From the IMG/VR virus record IMGVR_UViG_3300028048_003175, positions 33,849 to 97,848 of that record: DNA of 64,000 bases; one strand, 5' to 3'. The notes under the pieces are model-generated. The model did no database searches. It had not been told where the DNA came from and saw nothing but the letters and a program-made list of their open reading frames with translations. Origin of the DNA: a virus. Lineage: Duplodnaviria > Caudoviricetes. Positions 1 to 9,634 of the stretch are shown here, in pieces. A program made the position numbers and the translations under genes. Position 1 is the stretch's first letter, and every line of letters begins with the position of its first letter.

Positions 1-1
1 C

Positions 2-256
2 CAGCTTTTCATTGAACTGCCGTGGACTTGTGCCGACTGCGAACAGTCTGAGGCAAGAGCTCATCGCAACGGTCAGAAGAATGCGGTCAACTGTTACTAT
101 CTCATCGGCAAGAACACCATCGACGTGCAGATAAATGACGTCATCGAACAGGAACGTCTCGTGGCCATGAACGTCATCGGTGCCAGAGACGATGCCAGAA
201 AGATATCAGAAATAGACAGAGCAATCAAAATCCTAAATATACAAGACAATGAATGA
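2..256 (+). CDS. SNF2/SF2-family helicase, C-terminal fragment (5' end outside window)
   Basis: Frame 2 from the window edge reads QLFIELPWTCADCEQSEARAHRNGQKNAVNCYYLIGKNTID..., matching the SNF2 motif V/VI region (ELxWxP...QxxxRxHRxGQ). TGA at 254-256 overlaps the next ATG. Confidence 0.85.
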   Translation, partial: QLFIELPWTCADCEQSEARAHRNGQKNAVNCYYLIGKNTIDVQINDVIEQERLVAMNVIGARDDARKISEIDRAIKILNIQDNE

Positions 257-758
257 AATGACACCAATCAGAGAGAAGATCGCCCTGCGCATCAAGCAAC
301 TGGGCATCACCAAGAAATCTGTATGCGAGGACCTGGGGCTTACACTCCAGAACTTCTCGTCGTTCCTAACAGGAAAGCGCTGCTTCCCCATCGACGACCT
401 CGAAATGGTGCTGATGTACCTCGGCCTCACCGTGAAGTCGAAGGACTACAAGCCCAACCCTGTCGTCACCGAGCAGCCTCCCGTAACCACTGAGGCAATC
501 CGCAACAGCCAGCATGCACTCATCAGACAGAAGGTCAAGCTGCGCATTGGAGAGCTGAACCTGCCGTACAACAGCGTCGCCGCTTCAGCAGAACTCAATG
601 CCAACAGCCTGTCGTCATTCCTCAATGGTAAGCGAGGGCTCAACATCAGACACATCGAGAAGCTGTTCGCGGTACTCGACCTCGCGCTGGTTGACAAGGA
701 GGGCTTCACCTTCGGGGGAGTCACCAAAGCGGACACCGTGGAGGGTGGCGGGCAGTAA
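249..758 (+). CDS. Tandem (two-domain) XRE/Cro-type HTH regulator
   Basis: Two similar ~55-aa units (IREKIALRIKQLGI...FSSFLTGKR and IRQKVKLRIGELNL...LSSFLNGKR) joined by a Pro/Thr linker. Confidence 0.75.
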   Translation: MNEMTPIREKIALRIKQLGITKKSVCEDLGLTLQNFSSFLTGKRCFPIDDLEMVLMYLGLTVKSKDYKPNPVVTEQPPVTTEAIRNSQHALIRQKVKLRIGELNLPYNSVAASAELNANSLSSFLNGKRGLNIRHIEKLFAVLDLALVDKEGFTFGGVTKADTVEGGGQ

Positions 759-767
759 GCCGCAATA

Positions 768-791
768 AGTGGACTTTTTAGACAGTCCACT
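768..791. other. 8-bp inverted repeat between the HTH gene and terminase
   Basis: AGTGGACT-TTTTAGAC-AGTCCACT. No U-tract, so an operator or hairpin of unknown role. Confidence 0.35.
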
Positions 792-879
792 ATAGGCTGG
801 GGGCCTGCCGAGGTGTAATTTGCCTCATGCGCGTGGGCGCGTCGCCAGTCCCCTGTTCAACAAAAAAAGTAACAAGAGA

Positions 880-2244
880 ATGGCAACTGGAGAGGTAAAG
901 ATAAAACTATTCAAGAAGCAGGCGCAAGCGTGGAACTACCTGTCATCCTCCGACACCACCGTTAATGAGGTGCTGTATGGCGGAGGTGCCCGTGGTGGTA
1001 AGACGTGGTTCGGCTGTCTGTGGATGATACTCCGGAGAATCCAGTTGCCGGGAAGCGTAGGCCTCATCTGTCGTGAGCAGTCCGTCACGATGAAGAAGAC
1101 CACGCTGATAACGTTCTTTGAAATACTGTCTAAGCTGGGGCTGACGGAACTGGTACAGTACAATGCCACGACGATGATTGCGGAGTTCAAGAACGGCTCC
1201 AAGATATTCTTCGTTGACCTGCAGTACCGTCCTTCCGATCCTGAGTACGACCGTCTGGGTTCGCTGGGTATCACCGACCTGTTCATCGATGAGGCTCAGC
1301 AGGTGAGCGAGAAAGCCGTGAGCGTCCTCAAGGGACGTTTCTCTGTGCTGACGGGCTTTATGGAGGACGGCACACCGTGGCGCACCATCCCCAAGGCGCT
1401 TTATACCTGTAACCCAAGGCGTAACTGGATATACAACGACTTCGTGAAGCCAGCCAAGGAAGGCAAGCTGCCACCGACGCGCAAGTTTGTCAAGTCGCTG
1501 CCGACGGATAACCCACACCTCGATCCGGCTTATATCGAGAACCTGCTGAGGGCTGACAAGATTACCGTCCAGCGTCTGTACTTCGGTAACTTCGAGTACG
1601 ATGACGACCCTGCAACGCTGTGTGACTACGATGCCATCAACGACCTCTTCACTAACGACCATATCCAGCCAGTGGGTGCACACAGTGGAGCTGCCGATAT
1701 CGCCGGTAAGGGTCACGACCGCTTCGTGGCAGGCTCATGGGTAGGCAATGTATGCACCATCGCCATCGACATGAACTACTCGCCTGGTGCTGAGGTGGAG
1801 AAGCAGCTAAAGAACCTCATGATACGGGATTCCATACCTCGTAGCCTCTGTATCGTGGATGCTGACGGTATCGGCTCTTTCCTGGAGTCGTACCTCAATG
1901 GTATCAAGGAGTTCCATGCCAACGCCAGACCCACCGACCCACGATATGCCAACCTCAAGGCTGAGTGTGCCTTCAAGCTGGCAGACCTCATCAACCGCCG
2001 TGCCATCAAGATTATATGTTCTGCGGAACAGAGGGAGCGCATCACCGACGAGCTGGGAGCATTGAAGCAGGCGTACATCGACAAGGACACGGTGAAGTTC
2101 GACATCATCAAGAAAGAGACGATGAAGGTCATCCTCGGCCATTCGCCTGACTATCTGGATATGCTCATCATGTCGATGTTCTTCCGTCTGTCGAAGGCTA
2201 CAACAGGTCCGAAGGTCACCGTCAAGGTTCGTGAAACTGAATAG
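880..2244 (+). CDS. terL: Terminase large subunit
   Basis: Walker A YGGGARGGKT, Walker B LFIDEAQ, coupling motif YTCNP, RNase H-like nuclease motifs ADIAGKGHD and HSPDYLD. ATG 880 preferred over TTG 820 for its A-rich context. Confidence 0.93.
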   Translation: MATGEVKIKLFKKQAQAWNYLSSSDTTVNEVLYGGGARGGKTWFGCLWMILRRIQLPGSVGLICREQSVTMKKTTLITFFEILSKLGLTELVQYNATTMIAEFKNGSKIFFVDLQYRPSDPEYDRLGSLGITDLFIDEAQQVSEKAVSVLKGRFSVLTGFMEDGTPWRTIPKALYTCNPRRNWIYNDFVKPAKEGKLPPTRKFVKSLPTDNPHLDPAYIENLLRADKITVQRLYFGNFEYDDDPATLCDYDAINDLFTNDHIQPVGAHSGAADIAGKGHDRFVAGSWVGNVCTIAIDMNYSPGAEVEKQLKNLMIRDSIPRSLCIVDADGIGSFLESYLNGIKEFHANARPTDPRYANLKAECAFKLADLINRRAIKIICSAEQRERITDELGALKQAYIDKDTVKFDIIKKETMKVILGHSPDYLDMLIMSMFFRLSKATTGPKVTVKVRETE

Positions 2245-2309
2245 CACTGTTCAGTGGATATGAAGGCGCATAACAGACAAACAACGTAATTAAAGATGTA
2301 ATTTTGAAC

Positions 2310-2906
2310 ATGAAAAAGAAGAAGAGAAAATCACAGAAGGCGAAAGACTGTCCCTATAAGGACTTTCTGATGCTGTTCCCTTTTGCCGCCAAGGAGGTGC
2401 AGCAAGACCTTCTGGCACGGCTGAAAAAGCAGCCTCGCCCCAACACCCTCTGTGGCAAGGACGTGCCGGAGAGCCTCAACGGCATCAGCTATGGAGCGCT
2501 CGATGACCTGCACTCTTCATCTGAGGACAAGGATCCTGTCGGCTCATGCGCCAAGGTGCTGTTGGGTATTGACCCTTACCAGTTGCTGGAGGAAGACGTG
2601 AACGACGTCTTTGGCTTTACGAACTTCGTCACCAGGGAGCTGCAGCGCATCAACAAGCTCTTCAAGGATATCAAGGTCAACTACTCCCCAGAGGAGATTG
2701 CCGCCGGCATCCGTGACCTCGACTTCGGCAGCTTCGGTGTCCTCGACTGGTATGCCAAGCGCATGGGTATCACCAACCAGAACGAGGTGCGTGACGTGGC
2801 GTGGGTGCGCATCTATCAATGTATGAAGAACGACTGCCAGAAGAATAACTTCGAGCGCAAGCTCAGTCAACAATACAGGTCCAAACTAAAGAATAAGAGC
2901 AAATGA
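2310..2906 (+). CDS. Phage protein, possible tail assembly chaperone
   Basis: Intact ORF at the head of the tail gene run; function inferred from position only. Confidence 0.55.
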   Translation: MKKKKRKSQKAKDCPYKDFLMLFPFAAKEVQQDLLARLKKQPRPNTLCGKDVPESLNGISYGALDDLHSSSEDKDPVGSCAKVLLGIDPYQLLEEDVNDVFGFTNFVTRELQRINKLFKDIKVNYSPEEIAAGIRDLDFGSFGVLDWYAKRMGITNQNEVRDVAWVRIYQCMKNDCQKNNFERKLSQQYRSKLKNKSK

Positions 2907-3484
2907 GCAACTATAGCCTGAAGAATATAGAGAGTCACGGAACTGTGGAGAAGAAAATCCACGGTATCGTTGACGGTATGGGTGCCGACGTGGAGTATTT
3001 CTTCATGAACTGGGCGCAAGCCAACGTAGCCATCGATGATGTGGAGAAGCCCACCATCGTCTATGTGCTTCCACCGTCTGGAGAGTTCAACGTGGGATGG
3101 GCGCAGGTCAAGGACAAGCCAGATGCTCAGATAGCGTTCATCGCTCCCACAGACTTCGACTTTGAGGGTGAGGGCAACGATGACATCATCGAGCAGATGA
3201 AGCGCCTCTGTGTGAGATTCATCAAGGCTTTCAACGAGAGCGGACTCTTTGAGGCCATCGAAGGAAAGCTGCCGTACCGTGTGCTGTATGACTACCTCGA
3301 CCGTAACGTCACAGGTATCGTCATCACTCCCAAAATCAAGGAGGAGGAAGGCATTATCATCTGTGGCAGTGATGAGGCGAGGGCTGAGGACGTGCTGGAG
3401 GAAAAGCCAGCAGAACCAGCAGAGCCGGAGGAACCAGTAGTTGAAGAACCGAATGAAGAACCAGTAGATAATGGAGGCGATTAA
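2903..3484 (+). CDS. Putative tail terminator/neck protein
   Basis: ATGA overlap with the previous gene; ~150-aa alpha/beta core plus acidic EEP tail; position in tail module. Confidence 0.5.
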   Translation: MSNYSLKNIESHGTVEKKIHGIVDGMGADVEYFFMNWAQANVAIDDVEKPTIVYVLPPSGEFNVGWAQVKDKPDAQIAFIAPTDFDFEGEGNDDIIEQMKRLCVRFIKAFNESGLFEAIEGKLPYRVLYDYLDRNVTGIVITPKIKEEEGIIICGSDEARAEDVLEEKPAEPAEPEEPVVEEPNEEPVDNGGD

Positions 3485-3977
3485 AGACATAGTAATCCAG
3501 CACCTGCAGGCTGTGCAGAAGGGCATCGCGGACAACATGACGAAGATGCACCGCACAGCGTCTGGTCGTACTCTCGCCTCGCTGTTGATCGAGGATGAGA
3601 GCACCAACGACAGCATCCGCATGCTGCTCACTGGTAGCAAGCAGTGGGAGGTGCTGGAGCGTGGTAGAGGTCCTGGCAAGGTGCCGTACAAGTTCGCCGA
3701 CATCATCAAGGAGTGGATTCTGAAGAAGGGCATCAGCTATTCACAGTTCGCCCCCAAGGGCGCTCCTGCCGAGCGAGGGCTTAACAACCTCTCCTGGATG
3801 ATATCGCAGAGCATCATGAAGAAAGGCACGAAGCTCCACCGCGACCACGGCTACAATGACATCTATGACACCCTGCTCAACGAAGAGATTGAGAAGATGG
3901 CCACCACGGCACAGGGAATTATTGAAACAGAAATAGAAACGATAAACAACGAAGACGATGCGGACAATAACAATTGA
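3471..3977 (+). CDS. Putative tail completion protein (HK97 gp10-like)
   Basis: ASGRTLASL and LERGRGPGK patterns typical of neck/tail-completion proteins; overlaps both neighbours. Confidence 0.5.
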   Translation: MEAIKDIVIQHLQAVQKGIADNMTKMHRTASGRTLASLLIEDESTNDSIRMLLTGSKQWEVLERGRGPGKVPYKFADIIKEWILKKGISYSQFAPKGAPAERGLNNLSWMISQSIMKKGTKLHRDHGYNDIYDTLLNEEIEKMATTAQGIIETEIETINNEDDADNNN

Positions 3978-5352
3978 CAACCAGACATTAGGAATAACAG
4001 GTACAATCGTCGTGCCTGACTACACCGTTTTTGTGTTCAACCCGAATTATGTGGAGCTGGACCTGGGAGGCTATACAGGTAGCCTTACCTTGTCAGTGAA
4101 CAGCGGAGTAAAGACATATGGCATTACCGTGAACCTCTACCAGGGGAAGGCGAAGTGCTATGTGTCACGACTCCTGCAGATACTCTTCGACGACTATATC
4201 TCAACTCGGTCGAAGCTGGTATCGATAGAAATCAAGGACGCACAGAACGAGGCTATCATGTCTGAGACATTCATGGCCTTCTGGGCTTCCATCGAGCCGG
4301 GACGGAAATTCGGCTACTACCATCCCTTCGTCTATGACAGGAACAAGTACCCGAAATATATTCGCGAGGTCATCTGGTTCAAGAACTTCCCCTTCCGCCT
4401 GTCCGTTTACAGGATTGCTCAGTTTTCTCCAGCTTACGCCCAGTGTGACGGAGGTGCAGCGAAGATGATCTATGAAGACGGTGAGTTCGTCTGGACTGTG
4501 AGTTCAAGAACACCAAGACGTCGAGCTCCGTCCGCAACATCGCTGGTGCTGCCTGCATCCCAGACACTGGACTTTAACCAGCTTCGTGAGGCTGGCCTTG
4601 CCGTTGATTTTGAACGCTCCGGCATCACGAATATCTCTGAGCTTAGCAGCATCACACTGGAAGATGTCGTGCTGAGAGACATTTACACTGGTGGCGAGAC
4701 CCAGATAGACTGGGACGACTACGCCGACAGGGGACTGGATATTGTTACCTACAATAACCTCTCCAACTTCAAGACGGGCATCACAGAGCTCTCCCCGATA
4801 TACATGTTCCCCAATGCTCAGCGGAAGGTGGTCTTTACCTTCATGCACAAGAGCGCGGACACGGCGAAGTTCAATGCGAACTTCAATATCACCTTCGGGG
4901 AAATGACGGAGCTTGCCTACATCGTCAAGCTGACAGTCTGCGAGGACACCGACGGTATCTACCTCCGCTGGATCGATAACTATGGATTCTGGCAGTATTT
5001 CCTCTTCGTAGCTGGAGAGAGAGAAAGCAAGCACAAGCAGAGCAAGGTGTCCGTGCCTGCCGAGTTTGAGGAGAACGGAGTACACCATAGTGCCACCCGT
5101 TGCAACTACGTGGAGAATGTCGACACAGTGAAATGCTGTGCCGTTGACTTGCGCAAGGAGATACTGTCCTACGTGCAGACCATCTACAACTCTCCGCATG
5201 TGGAAATGTATATCGGTGACAACTTTAACGAGGATGAAATGTGGAAGCCCGTCAACCTCGTCGATGCCTCTGTAAAGCTTAGCTCACAGAAGCAGCTCTT
5301 CGACTACGAGATATCCTTCACCATGTCCGACTCAGTATCACAAACACTTTAG
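3958..5352 (+). CDS. Minor tail protein (distal-tail-like)
   Basis: Beta-rich; C-terminal YLRWIDNYGFWQYFLF...SPHVEMY pattern seen in Bacteroidetes phage tail proteins; precedes the tail-tip gene. Confidence 0.6.
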   Translation: MRTITIDNQTLGITGTIVVPDYTVFVFNPNYVELDLGGYTGSLTLSVNSGVKTYGITVNLYQGKAKCYVSRLLQILFDDYISTRSKLVSIEIKDAQNEAIMSETFMAFWASIEPGRKFGYYHPFVYDRNKYPKYIREVIWFKNFPFRLSVYRIAQFSPAYAQCDGGAAKMIYEDGEFVWTVSSRTPRRRAPSATSLVLPASQTLDFNQLREAGLAVDFERSGITNISELSSITLEDVVLRDIYTGGETQIDWDDYADRGLDIVTYNNLSNFKTGITELSPIYMFPNAQRKVVFTFMHKSADTAKFNANFNITFGEMTELAYIVKLTVCEDTDGIYLRWIDNYGFWQYFLFVAGERESKHKQSKVSVPAEFEENGVHHSATRCNYVENVDTVKCCAVDLRKEILSYVQTIYNSPHVEMYIGDNFNEDEMWKPVNLVDASVKLSSQKQLFDYEISFTMSDSVSQTL

Positions 5353-5355
5353 GCT

Positions 5356-5538
5356 ATGACATACGACGAATACAGAAGCCTGCGGAACGGTAACCGCTGC
5401 GTCATCATCAAGACAGGAGAGCCGGGAACGGTGCTTGCCATCAACAGAGAGACGGATGATGTCCTCGTAGAGGCAAAGCGCGTGGCGAGAGGCAGGGTAA
5501 AGGAATGGTTTAACTACACATATATCGCAAAGCTATGA
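5356..5538 (+). CDS. Small hypothetical protein (SH3/KOW-like beta pattern)
   Basis: 60-aa ORF packed between neighbours; GNRCVIIKTGEPGTVLAI. Confidence 0.5.
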   Translation: MTYDEYRSLRNGNRCVIIKTGEPGTVLAINRETDDVLVEAKRVARGRVKEWFNYTYIAKL

Positions 5539-5666
5539 ATACTACAACAGCAATTATCATCGGAGTGGTCCTGCTGGCCATCCTCTATATCGCGGTAAGA
5601 CTGGTGCTTGCCGCCATCATCATCTATGCTGACATGTTGAAATACAAAAAGATGACGAAGAAATGA
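5535..5666 (+). CDS. 43-aa single-pass membrane protein
   Basis: Not in the ORF track. MNTTTAIIIGVVLLAILYIAVRLVLAAIIIYADMLKYKKMTKK, with ATGA overlaps at both ends. Confidence 0.6.
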   Translation: MNTTTAIIIGVVLLAILYIAVRLVLAAIIIYADMLKYKKMTKK

Positions 5667-8600
5667 AAGAGGAACTATATGTATATACGGACAACGGTCG
5701 CTGGAAGCTCGACCTGCCAGTGCCAAGCGGCATCACCATGAAATGGGTCAACAACCTGTTTAGTGACCTGAGCAAGCTGACGTGTTCCTACACCTACACC
5801 TTCAAGCTGCCGATGACACGCAACAACAGCGAGGCTCTGGATCAGGCTGAGGATATTCGCCATCCGAGTAATGTCATCCGCAAGAAGATTAATGCTGAAT
5901 ACATCTTGAATGGTGTGCCTTTCTGCAAGAATGCCAACCTCTATATCTCCGAGATAAGCAAGGACAGCTATTCGTGCGTCATGACGTGGGGAGTGCTGAA
6001 GGCCTTCCAGACCCTCAAGGAGAGTTCCCTCAAGCTGAACGAGCTGGGAAGTGTCGGATTCTTCGACTGGAAGGATGACGATGCCAACTTCTCCTATGGT
6101 TACCCGTCGTCAGCGTACAAGAACACAGAGAACCTTATCTATCCTGACTACGATGCCGGCTGTCCTCATTATGCAGGAACGCCGCCCCGTCCCGTCATGC
6201 CTATCTACCGTATCATCCAGCTCATTAACCAGAAGTTCGGGACGAAGTTTGAAATCGGACAGGAGATAACGAAGGGTATGGGTGCCATGCCACTGGCTGA
6301 CTTCAACAACTTCCGCTATCATGGCAGGAGAGTGTATGACGACTATATCTCCCATGGTGTGCTGCCGTTGACGACAGCCTATCTGGATAACTCCAACAAG
6401 ATTGTCCGTGACCTGACCCAAATCGGAGTTTTTAATATGAGAGACTATAGCGAAACAGGAACAGCACGATATCTTGTAGCTTATCAAGATGTAAGAGATC
6501 AATTTGGTCAAGTAGCAACAATGAGAATATTTGCTGGTTTCCTTGATTACACTCCTCCTTCTGAAGATTCTATCCCATTTGATGTTATCGGTGTACCTGT
6601 TTTTGACGATTTTAAGTCGAATGATAAGATACTACCTTTATCAGCATATCAAGCAGGTGGAATTTTCAGAATACCGTACGGTTTATATCCTAAAGATATT
6701 TATGATGACTTGATAGCTCAAGGTCACGATCCGTGGCTGGAAGAAAAAAGTACTAGTTACAGTAATTCATTTTGGGTAGTTTTTCAACAAAGTGGTAGTA
6801 TTTACTATGGAATTAGACGTAATGTAATAGGTTATAAATGTGTTTTACAACATGAAGTAACAGGTTCTCTAAAACTACATATTGCCAAAAGTGCAGTTGA
6901 TGCCGGTCGTACCCAACTAACAGCATACAGGTGGATATCTATTGCAAAAGCCAAAGGCCCCATGAATCCTGGTGAAGGCTATTCATGGGAAGTAGAGTCA
7001 GACAAAGACACCAGCAAATGGATTGGCTTGCAGTCGTCAGCAACGTACACCTATGACCAAGCTACAGATTCATACGTTTATCCGTTCGATTTCGGAGAGG
7101 AAATACCTGCTAGAAAGCTGAAGATGGATGCCACTGACGACAACTTTACAGGGTATTTCTTTATTCCATACTTCCCTGAAGATGAGACGGTGAACGATGT
7201 GCTGCAGCTTCACGAAGGCGACATATGGACTTCCGACTTCCATATCGCCACTATATCGCCAAACGTTGTTATCGAGAGTCTGCCCGTAAAACTTGATGCC
7301 GTGTCGAACCTTCCTGATATCTCCTGCTTCGACTTCATGAAGGCGGTGTTCTATATGAATGGTGCCGTTCCCACTGTTGGTAAGGATGGTGAGACAATCA
7401 TCCCGATGTACTATAATAAGATACGCGACTCTATCGTGGATGGTGTTACGATTGACTGGTCAAAGAAACTGGTTGGTAGCCCTAACGCTCAGTGTGACAA
7501 GATCAAGTTCTCCTCCTCGTCATTCGGTCAACATAACTATTTTGAGCTCAATAACTCAGACAGGGAGAAAAACGCAATGGATGACGATGAGGAAACGGAT
7601 GTCTTTGATACTGCCTATGGCGATATCACCATTGAAGACAAGAGCCTCGACGACAGAAAGAGTCTTTATAAGGCTCCTTTCTATTCAGCATTTGTCAGAG
7701 ACCTGCAGTATCCGAGTGTCAAAGTAGGCAGGACAACCAAAGTATGGAATGGCGTCAGGGAGCTGTCGGAGGAGTCAAAGCCAATCTACGGCATTCTCGT
7801 CTATCGCAGTCTTGACGGAACCTTTGAGGATATCTCCAATATCAGCCAGAGGCACACGCAGTCCACTCATGGCATGGATTTCAAGCAGATAAGGATGAAC
7901 ACCTTCAATCCTTTTACAGACATGGAGGAGTTCTTCGGTTACCTGCGCGAAATAATGCAGAACTACAAACTGGTTAAGGAGCAGCTAAACCTCAATGAGT
8001 TCGATATTGCCGACCTCGACATGACGGTGCCTATCTACCTCGACAAGTACAACTCCTATTTTGCCATCAGCACCCTGCAGAGGGATAAGGACGGAAAGTT
8101 CACGGCAGAGCTTATTCAACTGCCAATGGTCGTTGCCGAATATCCTGAGCCGGAAACTGATCTATTCGGTGACGATACTGGTGGCGGCGGTGGTGACGAA
8201 CCTGCTACAGAATATGAGGAACGCTTCAAGTATTCGATATCGGCTTATCCTGGCCAGTATGGTAGCCCGACACCTTTGTACTGGAGGCGGACGGCACAAG
8301 ACGAGTGGACGAAGCAAGATGAATCTTTCTATTATCTGAGCAGTACCGAGTTTAACAATGACACGGTGTTCATTAAGTCTGACGAAAAGCTTCATCATAT
8401 ACGTGTAAATACTGACGCTTACTATGCTAAGTTTGATCATTATGGAAACAAGAGTGTGGCAAAGTCCTCGCGCTTGATTCTTACCATCAATGGCGTAGAG
8501 GTAGGCAGAAGAAATAGTGGAACCGACAACCCCGATGTGTATGGACTTACAAATAGCCTGGAGTACGTGTTCCCAACAGATGGAAGTGTGCAAGACTTCC

Positions 8601-9631
8601 TTGTGGAGCTGACTCTGGAAATATTCATGGGTGGCGTTGTCGTGAGAACCTTCATGGCTGAGTTCACCATTGACCCGCTTATTCCTTATGTCAATCCTGA
8701 CGTGCAGATTTCCAACCTCTCCACGAGCGGATATGTACTGTCGTCGCTTTCCGAGGATATGTTTGTCATCAAGGACTCGGATGAGGCTATAGTAAAGAAC
8801 AACGGCAGGTTTACCATCATGGAGGATGGTGCCTTCATCAAGGAGGCTGCAATGCTGGAGGCAGATACTCAGTACACGCTCAACTTCGACAACCTCATCG
8901 GCCAGACTGCTTCTTACAACTACGTCGATCCGGAGGTGAGTTCAGTAGTCCAGCAGCTCACGTCATCACCTATCACGGTGAAGTTCGACAATGTCGCTGT
9001 CACCACTGGCCAGACGGTGACGATTGCAGCAAACGACAATAGCTCACATACCATCAAGGTCGAGTTCGACATCTTAGACCCCAACGGCAACGTTTACGAA
9101 CACTGTGTCGAGGAGATTACCTATAAGAGGACAGCACCGATTGACTTGGTGTATGAGTCGTTTGGCTCTTCCCTGTATTTCTCCTTCAATTTCCAGTACC
9201 GCATACCTAATACGTCAGTGGTGTATAACTGTCGGTTCAAGTATTACAAGCAAGACGGCACAACGGAAATCAAGAATCAAGACGGTCACAGCTATCCGCC
9301 TGCCAACTACGGTGATCTGGTCAATAATCTGGGTGGTGGTCCTCTCATTTACGGAGATTGGGAAACGAATCCTTACACGGTCACTCTTGTCCTTGGTAAC
9401 AACCAGCATACCTACCACAAACGCTACATGTACAATGGCAGGCAGCTCAAAGTAAGGTCTGTCAGTGTTCAACAGCAGGTTTACTGGGACAATGTTCTGG
9501 TGACGAGTGACAAGCAGATGACGTTCTCGAAGTCACAGGTCAACGAGACCCACGTCTTGAAGGTTTTGGACGAGATAAACGGTCAGCAGAAAGAGTACAA
9601 TTTCACATATTACGTGCTATTAAATTCATAA
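5663..9631 (+). CDS. Tail tip / baseplate hub-like protein with C-terminal beta-sandwich domains
   Basis: N-terminal FSDLSKLTCSYTYTFKLPMTRNN and later PIYLDKYNSYFAI motifs typical of Bacteroidetes siphophage tail proteins; Gly linker followed by beta-rich modules. Confidence 0.7.
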   Translation: MKEELYVYTDNGRWKLDLPVPSGITMKWVNNLFSDLSKLTCSYTYTFKLPMTRNNSEALDQAEDIRHPSNVIRKKINAEYILNGVPFCKNANLYISEISKDSYSCVMTWGVLKAFQTLKESSLKLNELGSVGFFDWKDDDANFSYGYPSSAYKNTENLIYPDYDAGCPHYAGTPPRPVMPIYRIIQLINQKFGTKFEIGQEITKGMGAMPLADFNNFRYHGRRVYDDYISHGVLPLTTAYLDNSNKIVRDLTQIGVFNMRDYSETGTARYLVAYQDVRDQFGQVATMRIFAGFLDYTPPSEDSIPFDVIGVPVFDDFKSNDKILPLSAYQAGGIFRIPYGLYPKDIYDDLIAQGHDPWLEEKSTSYSNSFWVVFQQSGSIYYGIRRNVIGYKCVLQHEVTGSLKLHIAKSAVDAGRTQLTAYRWISIAKAKGPMNPGEGYSWEVESDKDTSKWIGLQSSATYTYDQATDSYVYPFDFGEEIPARKLKMDATDDNFTGYFFIPYFPEDETVNDVLQLHEGDIWTSDFHIATISPNVVIESLPVKLDAVSNLPDISCFDFMKAVFYMNGAVPTVGKDGETIIPMYYNKIRDSIVDGVTIDWSKKLVGSPNAQCDKIKFSSSSFGQHNYFELNNSDREKNAMDDDEETDVFDTAYGDITIEDKSLDDRKSLYKAPFYSAFVRDLQYPSVKVGRTTKVWNGVRELSEESKPIYGILVYRSLDGTFEDISNISQRHTQSTHGMDFKQIRMNTFNPFTDMEEFFGYLREIMQNYKLVKEQLNLNEFDIADLDMTVPIYLDKYNSYFAISTLQRDKDGKFTAELIQLPMVVAEYPEPETDLFGDDTGGGGGDEPATEYEERFKYSISAYPGQYGSPTPLYWRRTAQDEWTKQDESFYYLSSTEFNNDTVFIKSDEKLHHIRVNTDAYYAKFDHYGNKSVAKSSRLILTINGVEVGRRNSGTDNPDVYGLTNSLEYVFPTDGSVQDFLVELTLEIFMGGVVVRTFMAEFTIDPLIPYVNPDVQISNLSTSGYVLSSLSEDMFVIKDSDEAIVKNNGRFTIMEDGAFIKEAAMLEADTQYTLNFDNLIGQTASYNYVDPEVSSVVQQLTSSPITVKFDNVAVTTGQTVTIAANDNSSHTIKVEFDILDPNGNVYEHCVEEITYKRTAPIDLVYESFGSSLYFSFNFQYRIPNTSVVYNCRFKYYKQDGTTEIKNQDGHSYPPANYGDLVNNLGGGPLIYGDWETNPYTVTLVLGNNQHTYHKRYMYNGRQLKVRSVSVQQQVYWDNVLVTSDKQMTFSKSQVNETHVLKVLDEINGQQKEYNFTYYVLLNS

Positions 9632-9634
9632 GTT

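Noticed and set aside
5663-9631. Second DGR target in the tail-tip gene
   Set aside because: I found no TR-like sequence here or elsewhere in the window by eye; targets outside the window remain possible.
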